A stretch of DNA of 60,481 nucleotides. Origin: Occultella glacieicola. Lineage in GTDB: Bacteria; Actinomycetota; Actinomycetes; Actinomycetales; Beutenbergiaceae. The DNA lies in contig NZ_SMNA01000017.1 in the NCBI RefSeq assembly GCF_004353825.1, positions 1-60,481 of the forward strand. The letters run 5' to 3'. The notes beneath the pieces are model-generated. The model was not told the origin of the DNA and did not search any database. It was given only the letters and a program-made list of their open reading frames with translations. Of this stretch, positions 47,986 through 57,953 are shown piece by piece. The position numbers were made by a program, and so were the translations under genes. Within the stretch, counting starts at the first letter, position 1; the number at the start of each line of letters is the position of its first letter.

Positions 47986-48185
47986 GACGTTCGGCGCCGG
48001 TCGGTGTGAGCGAGACCGCAGTGGGGTCGCTTCCCCGCGGTTACCGCAACTGTCGGCGATGCCGTACGATAGACCGTTGGGCGTGGCATGTCGCGGGTTC
48101 TCCCGCGCGCACCGTGTCGCGCCCGGTTCGGACCAGCAGGTCGGCGGGCACGTCGGCATGCACAGCACAGCAGTTAGCGGAGGAC

Positions 48186-48407
48186 ATGGCAAAGAAGGAC
48201 GGTGTCATCGAGATCGAGGGCAACGTGGTCGAGGCGCTGCCGAACGCGATGTTTCGCGTGGAGCTCACCAACGGTCACAAGGTTCTCGCTCACATCTCGG
48301 GCAAGATGAGGCAGCACTACATCCGGATCCTCCCCGAGGACCGGGTCGTGGTCGAACTCAGCCCGTACGACCTGTCCCGCGGACGCATCGTCTACCGCTA
48401 CAAGTAA
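48186..48407 (+). CDS. infA: Translation initiation factor IF-1
   Basis: [26 protein letters not shown]. Confidence 0.99.
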   Translation: MAKKDGVIEIEGNVVEALPNAMFRVELTNGHKVLAHISGKMRQHYIRILPEDRVVVELSPYDLSRGRIVYRYK

Positions 48408-48482
48408 CCCCCCTCTCGATCAAGCCGTCGCGAGCAAACCCCACGGGGCGTTGTTCCCGCGCGCGGCGGCAAAGGAAGAGCC

Positions 48483-48596
48483 ATGAAGGTCAAGCCGAGC
48501 GTCAAGAAGATCTGCGACAAGTGCAAGGTGATCCGCCGTAACGGAAGCGTGCGCGTCATCTGCGACAACCCGCGGCACAAGCAGCGCCAGGGCTGA
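48483..48596 (+). CDS. rpmJ: 50S ribosomal protein L36 (Zn-ribbon form)
   Basis: [37 protein letters not shown] read directly (below the ORF-track size cutoff). Confidence 0.98.
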   Translation: MKVKPSVKKICDKCKVIRRNGSVRVICDNPRHKQRQG

Positions 48597-48687
48597 ACCC
48601 CTGACGCGTCCGGCGCACCCGACCAGGGTGACGCCACCAGCGCATCATCAGCTCCGCCGTCGCCCATGAGGGCGTACGCGGCGCAAC

Positions 48688-48743
48688 CCCCGGTCGGAGG
48701 CCGGGGCCCGGAACACCGGGACGATGGTGCGGCAGACCTCCGA
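48688..48743 (+). promoter_or_regulatory. Putative pseudoknotted ribosomal leader upstream of rpsM
   Basis: Stem CCCCGG/CCGGGG whose loop TCGGAGG pairs with CCTCCGA at 48737-48743. Confidence 0.6.
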
Positions 48744-48765
48744 TACTCACAGGAGTGAGAAGAAG

Positions 48766-49143
48766 TTGGCACGAATCGTCGGCGTCGACCTCCCCCGCGA
48801 AAAGCGGCTCGAGGTTGCGCTCACCTACATCTTCGGCGTCGGGCGTACCCGGGCAGCCGAGACCCTGACCTCCACCGGCCTGAGCCCCGACCTGCGGGTC
48901 AAGGACCTCACCGACAACGAGATCGTCGCCCTGCGTGACTTCCTCGAGGGCAACTACAAGCTCGAGGGTGACCTCCGCCGCGAGATCGCCGCGGACATCC
49001 GCCGCAAGGTCGAGATCGGCTGCTATCAGGGCCTGCGGCACCGCCGCGGCCTGCCCGTGCACGGGCAGCGCACCAAGACGAACGCTCGCACCCGCAAGGG
49101 TCCGAAGCGCACCGTGGCCGGCAAGAAGAAGGCCGCCCGCTAG
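48766..49143 (+). CDS. rpsM: 30S ribosomal protein S13
   Basis: [36 protein letters not shown] start. Confidence 0.99.
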   Translation: MARIVGVDLPREKRLEVALTYIFGVGRTRAAETLTSTGLSPDLRVKDLTDNEIVALRDFLEGNYKLEGDLRREIAADIRRKVEIGCYQGLRHRRGLPVHGQRTKTNARTRKGPKRTVAGKKKAAR

Positions 49144-49212
49144 CAGTAGTCCGTCGACCGGCACACCGCCGGTCCGGATCGACGACCTCACCGAAGAAGA
49201 AGGAACCCCAGA

Positions 49213-49620
49213 ATGCCTCCCAAGACTCGCCAGGCAGCCGGTGCGCGCAAGCCGCGCCGCAAGGAGAAGAAGAACGTCTCCGCGGGCAACGCCTACATCA
49301 AGTCCACGTTCAACAACACCATCGTCTCGATCACCGACCCCTCGGGTGCGGTCATCTCCTGGGCCTCCTCCGGCCAGGTCGGCTTCAAGGGGTCGCGCAA
49401 GTCCACCCCGTTCGCCGCCCAGCTCGCCGCCGAGGCCGCTGCCCGCAAGGCGCAGGAGCACGGCATGAAGAAGGTCGACGTGTTCGTCAAGGGTCCGGGT
49501 TCGGGCCGCGAGACCGCGATCCGCTCCCTCCAGGCCACCGGCCTCGAGGTCGGCTCCATCCAGGACGTGACGCCGCAGGCACACAACGGGTGCCGGCCGC
49601 CCAAGCGCCGCCGCGTCTGA
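49213..49620 (+). CDS. rpsK: 30S ribosomal protein S11
   Basis: [33 protein letters not shown]. Confidence 0.99.
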   Translation: MPPKTRQAAGARKPRRKEKKNVSAGNAYIKSTFNNTIVSITDPSGAVISWASSGQVGFKGSRKSTPFAAQLAAEAAARKAQEHGMKKVDVFVKGPGSGRETAIRSLQATGLEVGSIQDVTPQAHNGCRPPKRRRV

Positions 49621-49668
49621 GTCGGCATGTGTCGGCATGAGCCGGCATGAGCCGGCATGAGCCGACAC
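49619..49668. repeat. 10-bp tandem repeat x5 (consensus GAGCCGGCAT)
   Basis: GAGTCGGCAT GTGTCGGCAT GAGCCGGCAT GAGCCGGCAT GAGCCGACAC. Confidence 0.85.
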
Positions 49669-49819
49669 TGAAGGGCCGGGCCGAGGCGGCGACCGTCGCC
49701 GCGGCCCGGCCCCGCACAGCACGCACCACAGCAGTACCGCACGACCCCCTCGACCGGACCGATGGGCGAGGGGCTTTGCATGGCGTCATATGGCGGACGC
49801 CTGCCGAAAGGACACATCC

Positions 49820-50824
49820 GTGCTCATCGCACAGCGCCCCTCCCTGACCGAGGAAGTCGTCGACGACTACCGTTCGCGGTTCGTCATCGAGCCTCTCGAG
49901 CCGGGCTTCGGGTACACCCTCGGTAACTCCCTGCGTCGGACCCTGCTCTCCTCCATCCCGGGAGCTGCGGTCACGAGCATCCGGATCGACAGCGTGCTCC
50001 ACGAGTTCTCGACGATCACCGGTGTCAAGGAGGACGTCACCGAGATCATCCTGAACATCAAGAACATCGTGGTGTCCTCGGAGAACGACGAGCCAGTCGT
50101 GATGTACCTGCGCAAGCAGGGCCCCGGCACCGTGACCGCTGCCGACATCACCCCGCCGGCTGGCGTCGAGATCCACAACCCGGACCTGCACATCGCGACC
50201 ATCAACGCCAAGGGCAAGCTCGAGATCGAGCTCACCGTCGAGCGTGGCCGCGGGTACGTCTCGGCCGCCCAGAACAAGAACTTCGACGCTGAGATCGGGC
50301 GCATCCCGATCGACTCGATCTACTCGCCGGTGCTCAAGGTCACCTACAAGGTCGAGGCCACCCGTGTGGAGCAGCGCACCGACTTCGACAAGCTCATCGT
50401 CGACGTCGAGACGAAGCGCTCGATGGCCCCGCGCGACGCGCTCGCGTCCGCCGGGAAGACCCTCGTCGAGCTGTTCGGCCTGGCCCGTGAGCTGAACACC
50501 GAGGCGGAGGGTATCGAGATCGGCCCGTCGCCGACCGACGCCGCCGTCGCCGAGGACCTCGCTCGCCCGATCGAGCAGCTGGACCTGACCATCCGGTCCT
50601 ACAACTGCCTCAAGCGCGAGGGCATCCACACCGTGGGTGAACTCGTGGCGCGCAGCGAGGCGGACCTGCTCGACATCCGGAACTTCGGTGCGAAGTCGAT
50701 CACCGAGGTCAAGGAGAAGCTGGTCGGCCTGGGCCTCTCGCTCAAGGACAGCCCCGCGGACTTCGACCCGACGCTCGTGGCGAACGCCTACGACGACGGC
50801 GACGACTTCGACGCCTACAACTGA
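49820..50824 (+). CDS. rpoA: RNA polymerase alpha subunit
   Basis: [37 protein letters not shown]. Confidence 0.99.
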   Translation: MLIAQRPSLTEEVVDDYRSRFVIEPLEPGFGYTLGNSLRRTLLSSIPGAAVTSIRIDSVLHEFSTITGVKEDVTEIILNIKNIVVSSENDEPVVMYLRKQGPGTVTAADITPPAGVEIHNPDLHIATINAKGKLEIELTVERGRGYVSAAQNKNFDAEIGRIPIDSIYSPVLKVTYKVEATRVEQRTDFDKLIVDVETKRSMAPRDALASAGKTLVELFGLARELNTEAEGIEIGPSPTDAAVAEDLARPIEQLDLTIRSYNCLKREGIHTVGELVARSEADLLDIRNFGAKSITEVKEKLVGLGLSLKDSPADFDPTLVANAYDDGDDFDAYN

Positions 50825-50865
50825 CCTGCCGGTCTTCCCATCTCGTTAGGAACTGAGGAAACACA

Positions 50866-51468
50866 ATGCCCAAGCCCACGAAGGGTCCCCGCCTCGGAGG
50901 CGGACCGGCGCACGAGCGGTTGATCCTGGCCAACCTGGCCCAGTCGCTGTTCGAGCACCAGCGGATCACGACGACGGAGGCCAAGGCCAAGCGGCTGCGT
51001 CCTCTGGCCGAGCGCCTGATCACCAAGGCCAAGCGCGGCGACCTGCACGCCCGCCGTCAGGTCCTCGCCGTGCTCTCCCGCAAGGACGTGGTGCACACGC
51101 TGTTCGCCGACATCGCTCCGGCGATGGCCGAGCGCGAGGGCGGCTACACGCGGATCACGAAGATCGGCCCCCGCAAGGGCGACAACGCCCCCATGGCGGT
51201 CATCGAGCTCGTGATGGAGCCGGTCAGCCCGAAGCAGGCCACGGTCCGCGAGGCCGAGGCCGCCACGAAGCGGGACGTCAAGGAGAAGGCCGCCAAGGCC
51301 GAGGCCGCCGAGGCCGCCGTGGCGGACGACGAGGCTGACGCCGTCGAGGACGTCGACAGCGACGCCGTCGACGCCGACGAAGCCACCACGGATGACGCCG
51401 CCCCCGCGGAGGACGCGGCCGAGGATTCCGACGAGGCCGACGCCGACGAGGCTGCGACCGAGAAGTAG
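50866..51468 (+). CDS. rplQ: 50S ribosomal protein L17 with acidic C-terminal tail
   Basis: [24 protein letters not shown]. Confidence 0.98.
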   Translation: MPKPTKGPRLGGGPAHERLILANLAQSLFEHQRITTTEAKAKRLRPLAERLITKAKRGDLHARRQVLAVLSRKDVVHTLFADIAPAMAEREGGYTRITKIGPRKGDNAPMAVIELVMEPVSPKQATVREAEAATKRDVKEKAAKAEAAEAAVADDEADAVEDVDSDAVDADEATTDDAAPAEDAAEDSDEADADEAATEK

Positions 51469-51527
51469 AACCTCCTCTTCGGAGGACGAGACACCCGCCG
51501 CGGCACGACCTGCCGCGCCCGTCTCAA

Positions 51528-51574
51528 CGAGGGGCCCGCCGGTCCAGGACAACCTCCTGGACGCGGGCCCCTCG
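51528..51574 (+). terminator. Hairpin terminator after rplQ
   Basis: CGAGGGGCCCGC..GTCCAGGA-loop-TCCTGGAC-GCGGGCCCCTCG. Confidence 0.65.
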
Positions 51575-51628
51575 CCTGTGTCCCCACCTCCGCCGTCGCG
51601 GATCTGACCGGGGACCCGCTGCCACCGG

Positions 51629-51658
51629 TGATCGGCGGGTGATCGGCAGATGATCGGC
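51629..51658 (+). repeat. TGATCGGC direct repeat x3 with 11-bp period
   Basis: Copies at 51629, 51640, 51651, just upstream of a TACCCT -10 (51675-51680). Confidence 0.7.
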
Positions 51659-51686
51659 AGGGCGACCTTCCACGTACCCTGGATGG

Positions 51687-52406
51687 GTGAGCACACCGTC
51701 GATCGTCTTCCTGCACGGGATCCGGACCTCGTCCACGATGTGGCGCCGACAGGTCGAGATCCACGAGGCCGCCGGGCGCCGCGTCGCGGCCGTCGACCTG
51801 CCCGGTCACGGGAGCAGGATGGGCGAGCCGTTCTCGCTCGAGGCGGCTCGTGACGTCCTTGACGAGGCGGTCGCGTCGCTGCCCGGGCCGCACGTCGTGG
51901 TCGGGCTCTCCCTCGGTGGGTACCTCGCGCTGCACTGGGCGGCCCGCACGGATCGGCCGCCGGCGGCGGTCCTGGCCGCGTCCTGCTGCACGCAGCCGCG
52001 CGGCGCGGCGCTCGCCGGCTACCGCGCGGTCGCCGGGGCGATCGAGCGGTTGCCCGACCGGGGCCGGTTCCTCGGCAACACCATGGCGAGGCTGACCCTC
52101 ACGCCGGAGTCCGCTCTGGACGTCAACGCCGGCGGCGTGCCGTGGGGAGTGATGGGTCCGGCGCTGGCCGCGATGGCCGAGGTGGACACGCTCGCCGATC
52201 TGGAGACCATCGAGGCACCGATCTGGTTCGTGAACGGCGCCTGGGACCACTTCCGCACCCAGGAACGCCGGTTCGTGCGCGCCGCGCAATACGGACAGTT
52301 GTGCGTCGTGCCGGGCGCCGGGCACCTGGTCAGCCTCGATCAGCCCGAGGCGTTCGCGCGCCTGACCGGCCTGCTCGCCGAACGGACCAGGCTGGTCGCG
52401 GTCTGA
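51687..52406 (+). CDS. Alpha/beta-fold hydrolase
   Basis: FLHG, DLPGHG, nucleophile elbow GLSLGG, GAWD, GAGH. Confidence 0.9.
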   Translation: MSTPSIVFLHGIRTSSTMWRRQVEIHEAAGRRVAAVDLPGHGSRMGEPFSLEAARDVLDEAVASLPGPHVVVGLSLGGYLALHWAARTDRPPAAVLAASCCTQPRGAALAGYRAVAGAIERLPDRGRFLGNTMARLTLTPESALDVNAGGVPWGVMGPALAAMAEVDTLADLETIEAPIWFVNGAWDHFRTQERRFVRAAQYGQLCVVPGAGHLVSLDQPEAFARLTGLLAERTRLVAV

Positions 52407-52415
52407 GCCGACGGG

Positions 52416-53177
52416 TCACTCGGTGCGCAGGGACCAGGCCCGCACCCCGCCGATGATCCCGGCGCTGTTGGGCACGATGACGACGTCGTCCCCCAGCTTT
52501 TCGAGGACGGTCGGGGTGAGCCGTCGCGAGTTCCCGCCGCCGATGTACAGCCGGTCCCAGAGGTAGACCGGTCGCAGTGCCTCCACCACTCGGCGGATCC
52601 GCCGCGACCACTGCGAGTCGCCCAGTCGGAGCCGTTCGTGCTCACCGACGTACTCGTCGTAGGTCAGTCCCCACCGGACCGGCCCCTGGGACAGTTCCTG
52701 GTGCGGGGCGAGCATGCCCCCGTCGAACAGGGCGTTGCCGAGTCCGGTTCCGAATGTCAGCATCAGCTCCAGGCCGGCGCCGGCGATCACCCCGGCGCCG
52801 TGCACCTCGGCGTCGTTGAGCACCAGAGCCGGCTGCCCGAGCTGCCCGCTGACCGCGGCCCTCATGTCGAAACCGGACCAAGCGTCGACGAGTTCGGGGA
52901 GCACCCGGGTCCGCGGGCCGGCCTTCGTGATGTAGTGCGGGGTGTGGACCACCACGCCGTGCCGGATCATCCCGGGCATGCCGACCGTCACGCGTCCCGC
53001 CGGGGGGAGCCGGCCGGCCAGGTCGGCGATCAGGGACAGCAGGCGCTCCGGTGGCAACGGATAGGGCGTCGCCGCCCGGACCGGTTGGGCGTGCATGGTA
53101 CCGGCGGCGTCGAGCACGGACGCCTTGATGCCGCCGCCGCCACAATCGACCGCCAGCGTCGCTGGTGTGTCCTGCAC
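52416..53177 (-). CDS. ROK-family sugar kinase (polyphosphate glucokinase-like)
   Basis: [37 protein letters not shown]. Confidence 0.85.
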   Translation of the reverse strand: MQDTPATLAVDCGGGGIKASVLDAAGTMHAQPVRAATPYPLPPERLLSLIADLAGRLPPAGRVTVGMPGMIRHGVVVHTPHYITKAGPRTRVLPELVDAWSGFDMRAAVSGQLGQPALVLNDAEVHGAGVIAGAGLELMLTFGTGLGNALFDGGMLAPHQELSQGPVRWGLTYDEYVGEHERLRLGDSQWSRRIRRVVEALRPVYLWDRLYIGGGNSRRLTPTVLEKLGDDVVIVPNSAGIIGGVRAWSLRTE

Positions 53178-53220
53178 GAGCGTGACTCTACCGGCGGCCC
53201 GGTCGTGGTGGACTTGGGTG

Positions 53221-54177
53221 GTGGTCCCCGACAGTGACGCAACGATCCCGCCCGCCCGGCACGCCCTCGCGCCGGCGCCTCGGTCGCGTGCCGCGGGAGG
53301 CGACCCGACTGCTCCCGCGCGCGACGCCGTCGTACGGGTGCGACTGGACGTCGCCTACGACGGCACGGGCTTCTCCGGCTGGGCCACCCAGCCAGGACTG
53401 CGCACCGTCCAGGGTGAGATCGAGGCAGGGCTGGCCCGGGTGCTCCGGCTGGCCGAGCCTGCCCGCCTGACCGTCGCGGGCCGGACCGACGCGGGCGTGC
53501 ACGCCCGCGGGCAGGTGGCCCATGTGGACCTGCCCGGGACCGCGTGGGCAGCCACCCCCGGGCGCAGCGACCGGGTGCCCGCGGAGGCCCTGCGGCGCAG
53601 GCTGGCGGCGGTGCTCGCGCCCGACGTCGTGGTGCGCGGTGTCGCTCCCGCGCCGACCGGTTTCGATGCGAGGTTCTCCGCGATCTGGCGGCGCTACTGC
53701 TACCGGCTCGTCGACACGATCGGTGCCCGGGACCCATCGACCCGCGCCGCAGTGACATGGCACGGGCGTGGGCTGGACGTCGACGCCATGGATGCCGCGG
53801 CCCGGGACCTCGTCGGCGAGCACGACTTCGCCTCGTACTGCAAGCCCCGCCCTGGGGCCACGACGATCCGGACCCTGCAGGAGTTCTCCTGGCGGCGCGA
53901 CCGTGCCTCCGGGGTGATCGAGGCCAGGGTGCGCGCCGACGCGTTCTGCCACTCGATGGTCCGAGCCCTCGTCGGCGGGTGCCTCGTGGTGGGGGAGGGA
54001 CGTGCAGCGCCGGACTGGCCCGGGCTCGTGCTCGCGGCTCAGCGTCGCGATCCCCGGGTCACGGTCGCACCCGCGCGCGGGCTCACCCTCGAGGAGGTCG
54101 CCTACCCGCCCGACGGCGAACTCGCCGCCCGCGCACGCGTCGCCAGGGCGGTGCGAACCCTGGCACCGAAGGACTGA
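53221..54177 (+). CDS. truA: tRNA pseudouridine(38-40) synthase (start uncertain)
   Basis: [38 protein letters not shown]. Confidence 0.95.
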   Translation: MVPDSDATIPPARHALAPAPRSRAAGGDPTAPARDAVVRVRLDVAYDGTGFSGWATQPGLRTVQGEIEAGLARVLRLAEPARLTVAGRTDAGVHARGQVAHVDLPGTAWAATPGRSDRVPAEALRRRLAAVLAPDVVVRGVAPAPTGFDARFSAIWRRYCYRLVDTIGARDPSTRAAVTWHGRGLDVDAMDAAARDLVGEHDFASYCKPRPGATTIRTLQEFSWRRDRASGVIEARVRADAFCHSMVRALVGGCLVVGEGRAAPDWPGLVLAAQRRDPRVTVAPARGLTLEEVAYPPDGELAARARVARAVRTLAPKD

Positions 54178-54224
54178 CCGCGTCCCTGCCGCGTCCTGCC
54201 GGCCTCGCTCGCGGCGCTCGCGGG

Positions 54225-54761
54225 TCAGGACCGGCTGCTCCTGGGGCGGTCGGAGTCGTCGTCACGGTCCGGGCGGGACTCGTCCGGCAACCCGTCCTCG
54301 TCACCACGCACGTAGGCGACCACACCCTCGGGATCCGGCTCGCCGTCGTCGTCCTCGTCCTCGCCGACCACGATGTGGATCGCTGCCTCCTCCGCAGAGG
54401 CCGCACCGCCCGCGATGCCGGCGTCCCGGCCCCACCCGTCCTGCTCCCGGGCGCCGTCGCGGATGTCCTCGAGGCGCCCGGCCCGGTCGGCCTGGCGGTA
54501 CTCGGTCGCGCCGGTCTCCTGCCACGCCTCCGGCCGCTCCTGAGCCAGGTGCTGGTCGTGACTCTCGCCGCGGGACTCCTCATAGGCGGTCTCGCCCCAG
54601 TGGTTGGTCCGCTCCCGGTCGGGGGGTGAGTAGCCCTCGTCCAGCAGGTCGTCCACGGCCCGCGACTCCAGCGTGTCCTCACGAGCCAGCTGATCGTTGT
54701 CACCCTCGCCGGGCAGCTCGGGATCGGCGCTGGTGCCCGGGGTCTCCTCGGTTCCGCTCAT
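54225..54761 (-). CDS. Acidic actinobacterial protein, DUF5709-like
   Basis: LDEGYSPPDR, RAGRL, GGAASAEEAAIHIV motifs recalled for this family. Confidence 0.7.
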   Translation of the reverse strand: MSGTEETPGTSADPELPGEGDNDQLAREDTLESRAVDDLLDEGYSPPDRERTNHWGETAYEESRGESHDQHLAQERPEAWQETGATEYRQADRAGRLEDIRDGAREQDGWGRDAGIAGGAASAEEAAIHIVVGEDEDDDGEPDPEGVVAYVRGDEDGLPDESRPDRDDDSDRPRSSRS

Positions 54762-54912
54762 GCCCTCAGACTGGCACCTCCGGCCCGAGCGCGCACCAGT
54801 TCCCGTCCTGGACGGAGCATCGGTGGGACCCGACCCGCCACGAAACGGCACTTCGCGCCGGCCCCGGTGGAATCAAGTTGGTCCAGGGCCGCGCTGGCAG
54901 CATGCTGGGACC

Positions 54913-56595
54913 GTGGCACATCTGGAACTGGCCGGGATCGGCTTGAGCCTGCCTGACGGGCGGGCCCTGCTCGATGACGTCTCGCTGCGCGTCGGTGAGG
55001 GTGCGCGGATGGCGCTGATCGGCCCGAACGGCGCCGGTAAGTCGACCCTCCTGCGGATCGCCACGGGGCGGTTGGCATCGCATGCCGGGACGGTGACGCA
55101 CTCCGGCTCGCTGGCGGTCATGGACCAGTGGGTGGGCCGGGACGCGGACGAGCGGACCGTCCGCGACCTGCTCGTCGAGCACGCGCCACCGATGCCAGCC
55201 GCCGTTGCCCGCCGGGTCGACGCGGCGGAGGAGGCGATGATGCTCGCCGACGACGAGTCCACGCAGCTCGCCTATGCGCAGGCGCTCGCCGACTGGGCCG
55301 ACATCGGCGGGTATCAGCTCGAGGCCGAATGGGACGAGATCTGCATGTCGGTGCTCGCCCAGCCGTTCGAGCGGGCCCAGTGGCGCCGTGCGGACACCCT
55401 CTCCGGTGGTGAGGCGAAGCGACTCGTGCTGACCGCGCTGCTGCGCGGCCCCAGTGACATCCTGGTGCTGGATGAGCCGGACAACTCCCTGGACGTGCCC
55501 GCGAAGCGGTGGCTCGAGGGGCAGCTCCGAGCCAGCGGCAAGGCCATCCTCTTCATCAGTCACGATCGCGAACTCCTGGCCGCGACCGCCACGCAGATCG
55601 CGACCCTCGAGCCGGCCGCGTCCGGGTCCACCCTCTGGATCCACGGGGGTGGCTTCGGCAACTACGCGCAGGCCCGTGCCGACCGGATGGCGCGACTGGA
55701 GGACCTGCGCCGCCGGTGGGACGAGGAACACCAGAAGCTGCGCACCCTGATGCTGATGTACAAGCAGAAGGCGTCCTACAACGCCGACATGGCCTCGCGC
55801 TATCAGGCGGCACGGACCCGGCTGGAGAAGTTCGAGCGGGCCGGCCCTCCGCAGGAGGTCACCCGGGACCAGCACGTGAGCATGCGACTGACCGGCGGCC
55901 GGACGGCGAAGCGGGCCGTGGTGTGCACCTCGCTCGCCCTCCGGGGGCTGACCGAGCCGTTCGATCTCGAGATCTGGTTCGGTGAACGGGTCGCGGTGCT
56001 CGGGGCGAACGGCACCGGCAAGTCCCACCTGCTCCGGCTGCTGGCCGGCGGTGGCACCGACCCGGACGTGGCGCACCGGCCGGTCACCGACGTGCTGCCG
56101 GAGCCGGTCGCGCACACCGGCAGGGCCGTACTGGGTTCGCGCGTGCTGCCGGGCTGGTTCACGCAGCAGGCTCTCCCGCCGGCGCTCGTCGGGCGCACAC
56201 TCGTGGAGATCCTCGGCCGTGGCGAGGGCCGCCGGCACGGCATCCCGCGCGAGCAGGCCGGCCGGGTCCTGGACCGCTACGAACTGGCCGCCGCCGCGGA
56301 GCAGCGCGTGGAGACGCTGTCCGGTGGACAGGTCGCCCGACTGCAGATCCTCCTGCTAGAACTGGCCGGAGCGACCTTGCTCCTGCTCGACGAGCCCACG
56401 GACAACCTCGACCTGCACTCGGCGCAGGCCCTCGAGGCCGGCCTCACGGCGTTCGAGGGCACCGTGATCGCGGTGACCCACGACCGCTGGTTCACGCGCA
56501 CCTTCGACCGGTTCGTGCAGGTGCGCGCCGATGGTCGGGTCGTGGAGACCGATGAACCCGTGTGGGACGATGACGGGGCGATGCGGGTGCGCTGA
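54913..56595 (+). CDS. ABC-F family ATP-binding protein (tandem ATPase, no TM segments)
   Basis: GPNGAGKST/LSGGE/LDEPDN and GANGTGKS/LSGGQ/LDEPTDN, SHDR and THDR motifs, helical linker. Confidence 0.92.
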   Translation: MAHLELAGIGLSLPDGRALLDDVSLRVGEGARMALIGPNGAGKSTLLRIATGRLASHAGTVTHSGSLAVMDQWVGRDADERTVRDLLVEHAPPMPAAVARRVDAAEEAMMLADDESTQLAYAQALADWADIGGYQLEAEWDEICMSVLAQPFERAQWRRADTLSGGEAKRLVLTALLRGPSDILVLDEPDNSLDVPAKRWLEGQLRASGKAILFISHDRELLAATATQIATLEPAASGSTLWIHGGGFGNYAQARADRMARLEDLRRRWDEEHQKLRTLMLMYKQKASYNADMASRYQAARTRLEKFERAGPPQEVTRDQHVSMRLTGGRTAKRAVVCTSLALRGLTEPFDLEIWFGERVAVLGANGTGKSHLLRLLAGGGTDPDVAHRPVTDVLPEPVAHTGRAVLGSRVLPGWFTQQALPPALVGRTLVEILGRGEGRRHGIPREQAGRVLDRYELAAAAEQRVETLSGGQVARLQILLLELAGATLLLLDEPTDNLDLHSAQALEAGLTAFEGTVIAVTHDRWFTRTFDRFVQVRADGRVVETDEPVWDDDGAMRVR

Positions 56596-56642
56596 GCAGC
56601 GCGGGGCGTGATGAACGTCGCTCTGCGGGTCCCTGCCTCGCT

Positions 56643-56672
56643 TTGACCGTGACGGCACGCTCGGAGTACTCT
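56643..56672 (+). promoter_or_regulatory. Promoter of rplM-rpsI
   Basis: TTGACC-18 bp-TACTCT. Confidence 0.6.
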
Positions 56673-56854
56673 GGGGAGTCGTTGTGCGTCCGCGTTCGCT
56701 GGTCGGTGCCTCCCACTCACCGCATCGCGCGTGATGATGACGCGCACCACCACCGAAGTGACCATCCGGTCCACTGTGTGTCCGCGCCCCGCCGGGGCCG
56801 AGGGGGCAGGCAGTGTGCCGCAAGCAGACCAGCAGAGAAACGAAGGCTACGACC

Positions 56855-57298
56855 GTGCGTACGTACACCCCCAAGGCAGGCGAGACCGAGCGCAACTGGT
56901 ACGTCATCGACGCTGCCGACGTCGTCCTCGGCCGCCTGGCCACCCAGGTCGCCACCTTGCTCCGGGGCAAGCACAAGGCGACCTTCGCCCCCCACGTGGA
57001 CGGCGGCGACTTCGTCATCGTCGTCAACGCGGACAAGATCGCGCTGACCGGTGCGAAGCGGGAGAACAAGCTCGCCTACCGCCACTCGGGCTACCCGGGT
57101 GGACTGCGGGCGACGAACTACGCCGAGCTGCTCGAGAAGCACCCGGAGCGGGCCGTCGAGATGGCCGTCCGGGGCATGATCCCCAAGACCCGCCTGGGCC
57201 GCGCCCAGATGCGCAAGCTGAAGGTCTATGCCGGCGCCGAGCACCCGCACTCGGCGCAGCAGCCCACGACCTTCGAGATCACCCAGGTCGCGCAGTAA
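56855..57298 (+). CDS. rplM: 50S ribosomal protein L13
   Basis: [27 protein letters not shown]. Confidence 0.99.
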   Translation: MRTYTPKAGETERNWYVIDAADVVLGRLATQVATLLRGKHKATFAPHVDGGDFVIVVNADKIALTGAKRENKLAYRHSGYPGGLRATNYAELLEKHPERAVEMAVRGMIPKTRLGRAQMRKLKVYAGAEHPHSAQQPTTFEITQVAQ

Positions 57299-57341
57299 CG
57301 CGCACCGCGCTCACTGCCGCGAAGAAGAACTTAGGAGAATC

Positions 57342-57836
57342 GTGTCCGAGACCATCACCGAGATCGAAGACCTCGAGGGCGACGCCCCCTCGTCGTACAC
57401 CACCGAGTCGGCCGCCGCCGCCACGACCGGCGCCGGCCGCTCGCTGACTGCTCCGGGCGCCGCCCTGGGTCGCCGCAAGGAGGCCATCGCCCGCGTGCGA
57501 CTGGTTCCCGGCACCGGCACCTGGAAGGTCAACGGCCGTACCCTCGAGGAGTACTTCCCGAACAAGCTGCACCAGCAGCTGGTCAGCGCGCCGTTCACGC
57601 TGCTCGACCTCGGCGGGCGCTTCGACGTCATCGCCCGGATCACCGGTGGTGGGGTGTCCGGCCAGGCCGGCGCGCTGCGCCTGGCGATCGCGCGAGCGCT
57701 GAACGAGATCGACGCGGAGTCGAACCGGGCCACGCTCAAGCGGGCCGGCTTCCTCACCCGCGACGCTCGGGTCACCGAGCGTAAGAAGGCCGGCCTCAAG
57801 AAGGCCCGTAAGGCCCCCCAGTACTCCAAGCGCTGA
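57342..57836 (+). CDS. rpsI: 30S ribosomal protein S9
   Basis: [28 protein letters not shown]. Confidence 0.99.
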   Translation: MSETITEIEDLEGDAPSSYTTESAAAATTGAGRSLTAPGAALGRRKEAIARVRLVPGTGTWKVNGRTLEEYFPNKLHQQLVSAPFTLLDLGGRFDVIARITGGGVSGQAGALRLAIARALNEIDAESNRATLKRAGFLTRDARVTERKKAGLKKARKAPQYSKR

Positions 57837-57863
57837 CCGCCCGCCGGTTCGACGCAGTACTAC

Positions 57864-57905
57864 CATCGGCCCCGAGCGACCCATGTGGTCCGCTCGGGGC
57901 CGATG
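57864..57905 (+). terminator. Hairpin after rpsI
   Basis: CATCGGCCCCGAGCG...CGCTCGGGGCCGATG. Confidence 0.6.
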
Positions 57906-57953
57906 TCATGTCGCCCACCGACGGGGCGTTGGCAGCACAGAGAGGCACGATCG

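Noticed and set aside
39137..48185. Island as a transposon, prophage or anti-phage (Avs-type STAND) system
   Set aside because: No transposase, integrase, phage genes or terminal repeats; the STAND proteins end in LuxR HTH domains and lack nuclease or other effector domains
47291..48192. ORFs 47566-48009 (+), 47479-47742 (-), 47800-48192 (-) and others in the sRNA region
   Set aside because: Pro/Arg-rich compositions typical of non-coding GC DNA, no family motifs, and they run through strong hairpins; a structured-RNA explanation fits better, though a small peptide cannot be excluded
51230..51468. Acidic low-complexity tail of L17 as a separate domain or repeat element
   Set aside because: Such Ala/Asp/Glu-rich tails are common on actinobacterial L17
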